This document shows positions 26,551 to 37,000 of a stretch of DNA of 64,000 bases, piece after piece. Under the pieces are notes generated by a model, which was not told where the DNA came from, made no database searches, and was given only the letters and a program-made list of their open reading frames with translations. The DNA lies in contig OZ116699.1 in the NCBI GenBank assembly GCA_964199315.1, forward strand, positions 12,214,001-12,278,000. Reading direction: 5' to 3'. This DNA is from Orbicella franksi (lineage: Eukaryota). Every line of letters begins with the position of its first letter. Within the stretch, counting starts at the first letter, position 1. The translations under genes were made by a program, and so were the position numbers.

Positions 26551-27756
26551 TATGCACTCTGAGAGTCTGGCTGACGTCCCTTCTGGGGAGGGGGACGAAA
26601 AAGCCCGTTTTTTGAACGAGGCCCTTGGTAATTTGACTGAGATTTAGAAGGGTTTGAATACCCAGTGGATTGATACTTGTTAAAGGTGTCTCCTCGATGT
26701 CTGCTTTGAGAATGAGAACTATTACGACGTCTAGAGAAGGATTTCCCTGTAGTCTGTGCCAAATTTTTCGTGAGACCCCTTGACAACTTGGCCTGTTTTG
26801 ACGCCAAGAAGGCGAAATCATCTCCAAATAGCCATGATTTTGCATTAGGCAGAGGTAGTTCTGCGAGGTTTGTCCTCTAACGGTTTATGGCTGCGAGGAA
26901 CTCTCTGTCGTCTCAGGATAGACAGCTGACATTGGCTGAGCCTAAAAGGCAAAGAGCTTGTTCAAAAGCTACTTTAATTTCCTCATAAGATGGAGCTGAA
27001 TCACTTTCAATACAATCATGAAGGCCACAAAGTGGGCCCGTGGCAATTAAGGAAGCACAATGAACATTAAACATTTCCTTATCCCTTTCTTGTACAAACT
27101 TTTTCACTTTAAATTGTTCATCGAGTTTTGGAGCAGAGAGTGCATCCACTTTAGGAGTTGCCCAGTCATCCAAAATAACAAGAGATTGCTGGTGAGATAA
27201 AAGATAATTTTCTCCGAAAATTAGTATCCAGAAACTTGGAGAAAGAAGCTGATGGTTTCCAGGAGGTTGACTTGGCAACTGGGTCGAACAGCCCATGATC
27301 ATCACTAGATTTCGTTGAGTTTTCAGCTTCGTCAGATGTCTTACTAGACTCTGTTGGTGCCTTAGTAGGCGGTACGGGTGCCTGAATAGGCTCTACGGGT
27401 GCCTTAATTGGCCCTACGGGTGCCCCAACGGGCGTAGTAGCAGTCTTAAAAGACGCTTCGGTCGCCAAAGATTCGCTAATCTCGAAGCCTGACGTTTCAC
27501 CAGCCATAATCGACAAAGCATCATCATCAGTATCTGCAATAGTTTCTGGCTGATTTGCTCGGGACTCAAACGAGTCTATTGGGTTGAAAAGACGTTCAAT
27601 CGACTGAAGAATCCTCTGAAGGGAATCATTTTCGTCCTTGCGCCGTTTCGGCGGGGACCCTTCATGATGTAGGTCAGGCGACGAAACAGAGTTTTGACGG
27701 GAAGATGGCGACCGAGAGCGAGACCTTTAACGCGACTTGTGTCTTCTATGGGACAT
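26550..27756 (-). pseudogene. DIRS gag-like ORF1 (disrupted)
   Basis: ATG at 27756 reads MSHRRHKSR*RSRSRSPSS...GSPPKRRK...DDDALSIMAGE, in frame with ORF 27166-27516 apart from one TAA. It continues by frameshift into DDWATPKVD...APKLD...ATGPL and an R/S/Q-rich C-terminus. Confidence 0.75.
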
Positions 27757-28345
27757 GTTCAGCGATTTTAAATATCCTGAAAAGCGACAAATATCACCTA
27801 AAAGAAACCTACTGTGTAAAAACACAGAGGTATAGCCTAAAAACGTTTAGGATTTGTAAGAAAGCAGGGCAAAAGCAAAATACTTACCGAATGGTTTGAA
27901 GCACAAGGAAAAAAGCCACCGAAGCATCACGGGACCACGAGATCTAGGTCCCAGGGCCTTGCGGGTATACCCAGCCCCCTTTTATTGTTTCTTTAGGGGG
28001 ATTCACCCTTCTGTTGGCGTTAAAAAGTGGTTCGAAGCACTAACCGGGAAATTCTTACCATTTGTTGCCTCATATATATTTCGAACGGAGTCTGTGAAAT
28101 ATAATGGAAATGTTAGCCAATGAAGAAGAGTGGAAGCAGAGCACCGTTGTTCCTTTAGAATGTAAACGTTTGTTTTCATTTCCGTGAGAAACATTGACCA
28201 ATCACAGCGTTCGTTGTGACAACGTTGGAAATGGGATTGTATGTTTACGTCTTTTTTAAAGTGTAGTAAATCGCCAGGTCAAAGTAAACGGCACAGGCTG
28301 AAAGTGAAAATCTCAATTCTGGTGCGAGAAGCTGAAACTGTTGTA

Positions 28346-28472
28346 CTGGACCGGGTTGTTCGAAAGGTGGATAGCGCTATCCACCGGATAAATTAATGTG
28401 GTTTGTTTTGTTGACTGGATAGCGAACTATCCGGTGGATAGCGTTATCCGGCCTTCGAACAACTGGGGCCAG
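28346..28472. mobile_element. Short palindromic MITE
   Basis: CTGGACCGGGTTGTTCGAAAGGTGGATAGCGCTATCCACCGGATA ... TATCCGGTGGATAGCGTTATCCGGCCTTCGAACAACTGGGGCCAG, with TTGTA duplicated on both sides. Confidence 0.8.
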
Positions 28473-30466
28473 TTGTATTGTACTGTTCCAATGGTAACCT
28501 GTTGTATAAAAAGGATGGCCAAAACTAGTTTACCAATGATTGGCCATTTGTGTGATACCATTACTGTGGAATCATACGACAAAGAATGGTAGTAATGATG
28601 CGTCAAATTTTAAATGATGAAAAGACCTGGAAACCTGATTATCAGCCACCTAAAGCACGTCTGTGCTACTGTCTCAGCGGCCGTGGATCAGTTCTGTTTT
28701 CTCCTTTACTTATTCCACATTTTGAAAAAAATCCGATGCTAAGGTGAGAAACAAAATCCGTTCTTCTTTCACTATCTTGAAAGAAAAATGCACCTTAACG
28801 GTTCAGTGACACCGTTTAGAATCATGTAATCCTGTAAATGTTAATTACGTGGCGATGAATTAATTATTATGTTATGTTTAAATTACATGATGTGTTGTAT
28901 ACTGTCCCAAACACCATTTGATCGCTCTCTTCTAATGACAGCTGAAGGGGAGAATCTGTTGAAAGAAACAACTCCTTAAATAGCCACAACTTCAAGTAAG
29001 TAACAATATATCGACAGAAATTGATTGGTTTTATAGTAAGCATCCGCGGACAAGGCCCACTGATTGGCGCGCTGTAGAGGTTGTAGACGTTTGTGGCGGC
29101 TAAACAGTCCTTTGCAGATAAGTCCACAGCTCTGAAACTAACAATTTCACACAAGTGATATGACAATATCGGTCATAGGCAGTCAAAAGCCGAAAGCCAA
29201 ATGGAAAAAAATTAGAATTTAACATACATTTTATTGGCGACATCTGATCTTCAGTTTGCATGACTGCAGAATACGCTGTTCCACTAAATCAACGAAAACA
29301 GCAAAATAATGTACTGTCTACTCAGAACATAGAACATAAAATGATGTCTGGTATCTAAAAATATCGGACTGAAATACCATTAACGGATGTGTCATCATGC
29401 AGTCAACTTTGGCTGCGTATTTGAAATCACAATGATTCGCCGGTATAACTGCACAAATAGCTTTGAAAGCGACGCTGAAAAATGGGAGAAAATTGAAAGG
29501 TTTTTTTAATTATTGGTGGATGCTGGTCCCCCATACATTGCTAGACCTGATAGTCATGTTAACCTTTCATTACTATGTACAAAAGCTTTGAACCTAATCC
29601 GTTACATGGAAATGTTCCAAAGTATGAAACAGTTTGACTAGTGTGATGGCTTATAAGCTATGTTTCAATTTGAACTGGTGAATTAAAAATACATTATTAC
29701 TTTAGCAGTTTAGTTTACTTAACCAATAACGGCGTAGAGTTTGCTATTGAATGCCGATATTTACGTTTCTCAGGTTAAGGCGAACTTTTCGTTTTATGTC
29801 GAAACTCTGTTTGTGATATCTCGCAGTATGTCGCCATGTTATACACATCTGAGAGAGCTTATAAATACGAGGTTGGTTTGTGGCAGGTGACATAATTGTT
29901 GCAGATATCCACAGGGAGTGGGACAGCAACAACACACTGTTTCAATATTCAGTCTTAATAACTTTTGACTCCGGCGTTTGGCGTGCTTCTGCAGTGAAAA
30001 CAGTCATAACAGTCATCAGCATGATTTACCCGTCGAATTCAACAATACTTTTCTACCAGATAATAAAAATGTCTATTAAACATTTTCCACGCATCGCTGT
30101 TACGTTCTTGCGACTGAAATAGTACGTCTAGTTTTTTCATTAATATTCAACATGGCATTGTAAAATGCTTTTTAAAGGCCTCCGTAAGAGCCTATTATTC
30201 GGAGGCACACCTCACAGTTTTGCCACTATTTTTAAAGGAGAAGGTCACTCCAAAAACCATGTATTTTTTTGCATCACCAATAAAAAGTTCGCATTGAGTT
30301 GAGTTACCACTGTCGTTTTAGCTTCTGAAGTGGATGCGATCCCAATGAAAAAGAAGTGAAAAGTTCGACACTAGGAGCCGCCATTTTGAAAGGATCTTGA
30401 AGGCCAGGTCGCATATCCGTGACGTCATTCCGTCCGAGAGTTGTGTTTGTTCTTTTGAGCTTTAGT

Positions 30467-30645
30467 ATGGCTGCCCTTGAAGCCAGAACGTGCTAGTGAT
30501 TCCGCGGGAGATAATAATCAAGTTGAATTGAATGTTCGGTTGGAAAATGCTCTGTGGTGTACTTGTGAGAGATGTGCAACCATACCGATGCAAAGAGAAT
30601 GTGTTTGTTGCCGAGAGCAGCTGGAGTAGGTCACCAAGATGGAAG
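30467..30645 (+). pseudogene. KolX / P2X7 C-terminal ballast-like Cys-rich first exon (disrupted)
   Basis: RLENALWCTCERCATIPMQRECVCCREQ fits the WCxCxxC-x7-ECxCCxE motif. One frameshift after the ATG, one TAG, and a donor AAG|GTACA at 30645. Confidence 0.7.
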
Positions 30646-32021
30646 GTACATTTTGCAGTACAATTGCAATGGACGCAGTTAGTGGAAGAGGAGGTTTATT
30701 GTTAATTGTAAATTACTCTCAGAATTGAACTGGTGGCTTAAATAAATGCCCAGTTTAGTGCTTTTGATCTGATTTGTCTTCATTTTTATGTTACTGACGG
30801 TTCAACGCGGAGGGAGTTCTGGTATCACAGAAACTGAGGAACTCAGTTTTCAATGGTGCGTTTAAATCGGGCGGATGCTTTCCACCTCACAAGTCTGTGT
30901 TTTTACTTATAAGATTTGGATACTTTTTGCTCATGCTCGTACGTGTTTGCCTTGGTTTCTTTACACTTATGGACTACGTGGACTCTTGTGAAATACGCAG
31001 TGACTTTACGTGTAAGATGCGAAGTGAAATCGACGTCTCTGACGTGAAATGTGAAATTGACGACATTCCTTATCAGTACCTACGATTTTTTGTGAGAATT
31101 GTAATTTGTATTGTTGGAAAGCTAAGCATATGTAATAAAGTTTGAATAGAAGAAAAAAAGTACATACAACTTTTACATGCGTAAACCAGGGGAGGGAAAA
31201 TTGCCTCTGCAAGTGTGTTTTTCGTATCGCATGTGTCGCGTTTACTGGCATCGTTAGTTGACAAAGCATACAGTAAGATTACAGCTTCATTTTTTACCGT
31301 AGCACTGCTTTCATTAGCAACTGTAATTCCCAAAAAATAATGTGAATGAAAAAAAAAAACCGTCCTTAATTAATGATGAATTGTGTTGATAAAATTGAAA
31401 ACAAATTGCAAAACATTTCAGACAAAAATATTATTTACATGCGGATATGGGATTTCGCTATAGCAGGACTTGCTATCGGTAATCGTCGATGTATAGATAG
31501 GACTGACGTACAATCAACTACTTCTTCCGATGTATTTCAAATCAAATTAGACAGCATTTAAAATTTGTAAGTATTTTAGCTCATCCCTGGCTGTCAAGGC
31601 CGACTATCAAAAACGCTCTGAGTTTTCGGCTCACACAAAAGATTTATAAATCGAAAAAGCATGAAAGAAAACCGAAGCGGGTTAGTCTGACATGTAATTT
31701 TAAGGAAGGGCATTGCAGGGCATTTGAAGTTCCCACGGCACCCCTAAGAAATTTAATAAATTCACCCAAAAAAATGCGTGCAGTCGCTATGCATCAATGA
31801 ACAGGAAACACGAAAAACCTTGCGCCAGTCTACGAAAAATAATGAATCAAAGCTTGCAACATGGGAGCTTTTTTATAAATACTGGTAAGACTGGTAAATG
31901 AAGAATAGAATTTCATTCAACCATTTTCCCTGTTATTTTAGAGCAAAAGCGGCAAACTGATATATACATGCAAAACCCGTGATTCACGCCGTTTTAGCGT
32001 CTTTTCGTGTAAACATATTAA

Positions 32022-33497
32022 GGTTACAGTATACCTTCGGGTCGGTAGTTTTCTTCATATTTGGAATTTTGGGTCAAAGTAGTGGTCGAGGAATAATCTC
32101 TAATTTCTGAGAAAATTTTTTGAAAAAGGCTGAATATTGGCGGAGAAATGGCGGTTTTACGTTTTTGGCCGGAAGTAAAAGTTTACCTTTTGATTGAAAG
32201 CCCTATGGCGCGTATGCAATCAACCGAGACGATTTTCGCGAGAATTACCTGTATGGATGTCACGAATTGACCACTCAGTTGTTCAGCATTGTTGTTCTGA
32301 CTACCCAGCATTTTTGGTATTAGGTGTAACTCTATTAAGTTATAAGTCACATAGACCACATTAAAAACATGGACTAGTTCGAAAAAGCGAAAACAGCGAA
32401 GAACGAATGAAAAGACATCAATGAGTGAAGAAGCGAAAGTTCGCCACGCGGATGCAGCTATAGCTATCGTCTAAGGCGGGCAAAATATTCGTAGTAAGAA
32501 AAAAGAAAGGTTCTGCCAAAATTTCGGAACTTGACAGCAACAACAGGGATGTTGACAGAGACTCTTCTGATGAGTCCGATATCGACGAATCGTCGGACTC
32601 ATTGACACCATTTGAAATATTATCCATACAGAGATGAGAGTTGACCACACACAGTTGCTCCCCGCGCTTCTTTTGTTTGTTTTCTTCGCTCAGCCACTCT
32701 AGCGTTCGTATCCTTTTTAGTCTTTCCCATTTTGCCAGACCAGCTTCAAGAAAAACCGAGTTACAGAAAAATTATCTTTCCCTCTTCGGCGCCTTGAGCG
32801 CATTGCAAAACACAACGGTTTTTTTAGAGATTCGCCCGTAAATTTCACCAGGAGGTTAACGGTGGTAAACTTTCCCTGCACTGATTGGCTCAGTTATCTG
32901 AGAACCCAGTTCAAGGCGTTTTTGGGCGGAATTTGTTTGCGAAGCAGAAGATTTTTCTTAGCGCTGTTTTCTCGAATAAATTTTTTCACTTGAAGCAGAC
33001 ACTTTAAAGAGTTATAACTCAAAGGGAATTTGTTCAATTGCCCTCAAATTTGGACAATAGCTAGTTTAACATATAAACTACAAAAGCGTGTCTGGGAATT
33101 GTTAATTTCGAAATACTTTTTCTTCGAGAGCGATTTTTGTACAATCACTCCACATTTTTTTAATCCTATTTCGAAAATGTTCTGTAACTTTTTACTACAA
33201 TTGAATATGCCAAAACGCAGACAAATTTTTAAAGCGCTTTGGGCCCTGAAACCGAGGAAAAAATTAAATTGGCGAAAAACGAAATTCGTTTTGACTTGTA
33301 GCTTTCGAAAGGTGATTCGGGCGCTCGCATTTAATGGTCGAAAAATTCGACAATTCATTTTTTTTCGAAATTGTTGGCATAGCTTGATAGCCAGCTCTAT
33401 AAGCTTTAATTTGATATAGGGGTTTAGGTATCCACAGCTTAAACTGCACGCGCTACATCGCTTGGACGCGAGACACCCTTGAAGGTATACTGTAACC
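32022..33497. mobile_element. Second TTAA-targeting non-autonomous element nested in the Kolobok element
   Basis: TTAA|GGTTACAGTATACCTTC ... GAAGGTATACTGTAACC|TTAA gives a perfect 17-bp TIR, GG...CC termini and a TTAA TSD. Confidence 0.85.
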
Positions 33498-33725
33498 TTA
33501 AGCCTGACGGGTTGAAGATTTTTGGCGACTAAAATACTTGTGCTGGTGACCAAACCTGAAAACTTAGGGGCCAGCTGGCCCCAAGCTTTTTTCTTGAAAT
33601 TCGAGTCCCCGTCCACCGAGGAGCTTCAATTTCTTGCGCAGAAATAATATTTACCAAATCAAGTCAACGACAGTTCTGCCGGGCAAAAATATTTTTAAAA
33701 AATGAAAAGTATAACTGATAGCTAC

Positions 33726-34066
33726 CTCTTTTCGTTCCTTGCGATGCGCCGTTCGCTTGCAGTGCGTGCCTTTACAAGGGCCTTCTGTTGAAAAATTGTC
33801 GGAAAGCATTTTTCAATGACCCTCTTCTTGTGTTTCCACCCACAAGTTCAAATCGGTATTCAGTATTGAAACAGTCATCTGTGAAATGCTCGTTGCACAC
33901 ACACATTTTTGAGTTTTTTTGGCATGAATCTGTCATCCCGAAGTAGCTGTTCGAACCACGTCTTTGGCAATTTTTTGTTCTTTGCAGGCAAATTAAGGAA
34001 AGTCACTCCTCTTTCCCTATCCTTTTCGGTTCGGGTTTTACAGCCCGGGGCCCAACATTTTAGCTC
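33726..34066 (-). pseudogene. THAP zinc-finger exon of the transposase (two frameshifts)
   Basis: KCWAPGC...GVTFLNLP...TWFEQL...NVCV/CNEHFTDDCF...LKNA/PTIF is the C2CH THAP signature with an AVPTIF-like box. It ends at donor AG|GTAGC (33726). Confidence 0.8.
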
Positions 34067-37000
34067 ACAACTGAATAAACGAATTTAGAACAGATTGACG
34101 TCACGGATATGCGGCCTGGCCTTCAAGATCCTTTCAAAATGGCGGCTCTTAGTGTCGAACTTTTCACTTCTTTTTCATTGGGATCGCATCTACTTCAGAA
34201 GCTAAAACAACGGTGAGTAACGCAAATCAATGTGAACTTTTTATTGGTGATGGAAAAAAATACACAGTTTTTGGAGTGACCTTCTCCTTTAAGTCATCCA
34301 ATACTCCAAGCAACTAGTCCTTCTCAGTCTGACCTCCAAAACGGCGCATTGAGACAAAAATAAACGTTTGAAAGTGGACTTTCATGAATGTAACGTACAC
34401 AATTCAACTTCCGCTTCTGCTTCTGCTAGTCATGAACTACTACTACCTTAAGGTACTTGACTAACAAATGCACACGCACTTAAACAGCCTATCGATCGGT
34501 AGCTATGAGTGGGCCACACGAGACGAATTGACCTGGAGGCTTAAACATCTTTACATCTGTCCATTTTGCTCTGAATTTCGTCAGTGTATAACATTAAAAA
34601 GCAATTTAACGTCCACACAGGATCTCTTCGTTGAGTAACATACCGCAAACTTCAAAGCTATGAGAGGATGTGTTCAACCACGATAAAAAGATATGATATT
34701 TGTCAATCACATCGAAATGATTTAAGGTTTGAGAAAGATTTGATTCATCTGCTCAAAGGTGCTGGCTACTGATGGAAGCTTCACCAGAACTGGGCTATTT
34801 GCGTACTATTCAAATGTCCCAGAATGCAATGGCGTCCACTTGCTGTGCCGCTGTTTTGTAGGTTGTTTTAATATGTTTGTTGGTTATAAGAGAACATTTC
34901 GGAATACATTTGATAACGAATATTAAAAGAATAAAACCATGACGTTTCGAAGTCTTCTTTTGGTTATAAAGTTGCAAATGTCACTTTGTGGATAATTTGC
35001 TTTTTGTTTGATAGTTCCAGACCCGTTTTCCTCTCCTTGGCATTTAACTGACTCTATAGTTCTGGATTTACCTTTATACCCTTTTGCAGACCAGTTTTGC
35101 AGCGAAAAACAAAGGTGCGAAAGGAAAACTTGCAGTAACTGATAAGCATCACCAATAAAAAGTTCACGTGGACTTTTAGATCCACTTTTCCCTCAAACGG
35201 CGAACCGTCGGGGGTCACGTGATCAGAGCCAGACGTCATGTTTGCGGTTCTCGACTGGCGTTTTAACGTTAAGAGGTAGATTTTAACGTAAGTCATTTAT
35301 CTCAACCTTATTTGCCTTGAATTTTATTTCATGCCACGTACAAATGCTGAAATCGAATAAACTAACCCTTTCAGTTTCTTCAAATTGGTTACAATTTTTA
35401 GGCAAATAAGCAATTACCTCGCCTTTTCAAAAGGCCAACGGTTGTTGTTTGTAGAAAGGCACTGATCCTAATTGGAAATCCAATATATTTATTTCTTCAG
35501 AAAGCTTCACCAGCTTGACCAGCAACGCGCATGCGCATCTCCTGTCCCCTCCTACGTATTGACATAGACTGATGATAAGGTGGAATTAATTAAGACAACT
35601 TAATTTTTTGATTTGGGTAGAGCTATATAATACGACACCTATTTCCGCGAGTTTGATCATGAAATGGCGTGGCCGAGTGATTCAGGGAGGTGCATTGTCC
35701 TTGCGTTATAAATCTTGGAACATTTCTTAGCTGTCTTCACTAAAACAAAACACACCCTGAGGATAATACGACGATAACATCAAACTTCGTTCACTTTATT
35801 GACTCTTTCTATTTTATTTTTCTATAAATAAAAATTTATCAACTACGGCACGACCTCAATCATGAACAAAAAAGCAGAAAATTGGCAAAAAAAAAAAAAA
35901 ATTGGGATCTCTTGGATCTCTTATAAAAAAAAATATTCTCGCAAAGCATTGTTGTAAATAGACTGATAAATAAACCCTGACTGAAATGTTTTCAACTATA
36001 CAACACCGTGAGAACTGCATGGATTCTGGGTTCTTTGGGAACAAGTGACCGTTAGGAGAGGTTCGACTGAGTTTCGATGTTGTATGTAAATTACACGCGA
36101 CTTGTTGTAAATCGCAAAAATTACGAAAATGACTGATTTTGAGTTCTCTACATAACAAAAAACCGTCTCTTATCGAAAAAAATCAGAGCCTGAAAAACAC
36201 AAAAATGTCAATTTCAAAATCAACTTCCCGCAGAAATTTTTTGACGGTAGTATTGAACGCAGTTATTGTTGCCTTCAGTCAATTAAATAAAACGGTATTG
36301 AAATTTTTGGTTTGTTTGTTAATATTTGCCACGCAGTTAGTCTACAGATTCTTTTCGTGACGATTTTGAAAAATAAAACTAGTAGGTACGGAAGCTTAAA
36401 GATGAGTACTGATGATATGGCAGCTTCTGCCTAACGAACGTGGAAGCCGCTATCTTGAATTTCCTGAAGATATAAGCGTTCATGTCCTTTTCTTGATTCG
36501 GTGCATCAGGGTTCCTCATCAACAAGCGTAACGAGCGCTTTACAGACGGCGACAGAGCTGGCACATATGCTGTTTACACTTACTGAAAACGTGTCACAGG
36601 ACATCAGCTTTGATTGTTGTTTTAGTGCTGGTAAAACGGTCGTTATCAGAGATTTGAGGAGATATAGCAGCAACTAAAACCGATAGCAATCTTAACATTT
36701 TACTTGATTACGTTCATTTGTAAAACGGATAGAACAATCATTTGAAGACACTGTTTTCTCAGAAATTTGGCATAAAAAGTACTTTCCTTTTTAAACACTT
36801 TCAAGGACAATAGCGTTGGTGATTTCTTTTTACTGGAGGCATTTTAAAATTGTACCATTTAAGAAATTTCTGTTTTTTTGCCACAGAAACAGTTTCCTGG
36901 CTTACGGCCGTACAGTTTAAAACGAGATCGTGGACGACTTTAGAATGACTGATTAAAGTAAACTTGAACGAAAGCAAACGAAACAAATCTACCCCTGATT

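Larger units (their letters stand above)
24540..28000 (-). mobile_element. DIRS1-like tyrosine-recombinase retrotransposon, degenerate and truncated within the YR ORF
   Basis: Order on the minus strand is gag-like, RT (LPFGLCSAPRIF, YLDD at 26040-26051), RNase H (TDASKKGWGA, HINYLELKA, DNTTAAYIN, IPGGDNVSAD), Dam-like MT domain (DLLAS...SW..P...YASPP), then YR N-terminus (RSLNALRSVISSTH). Many stops and frameshifts. The 5' boundary is approximate. Confidence 0.9.
30236..34288. mobile_element. Kolobok-type DNA transposon (internally deleted, non-autonomous)
   Basis: TTAA|AGGAGAAGGTCACTCCAAAAAC ... GTTTTTGGAGTGACCTTCTCCT|TTAA. TIRs are about 190 bp (30236-30427 and 34096-34288), with RR...YY termini and a TTAA TSD. 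It contains THAP and KolX-like remnants. Confidence 0.85.

Noticed and set aside
28346-28472. GGATAGCG repeats as a CRISPR-like array
   Set aside because: It is a single palindromic MITE, with no regularly spaced direct repeats with unique spacers and no cas genes.
29880-30122. DSNNT pentapeptide shared with the 23.5-kb decayed frame
   Set aside because: There is no alignment beyond five residues.
32565-32605. CTGATGA followed by a stem as a hammerhead ribozyme (also 20110-20145)
   Set aside because: At 32565 the stem is not followed by GAAA. At 20110 stems I and III cannot be formed.
33030-33616. 129-aa and 190-aa ORFs
   Set aside because: They overlap on opposite strands inside a non-autonomous element, show low-complexity F/K/L bias and have no domain motifs.
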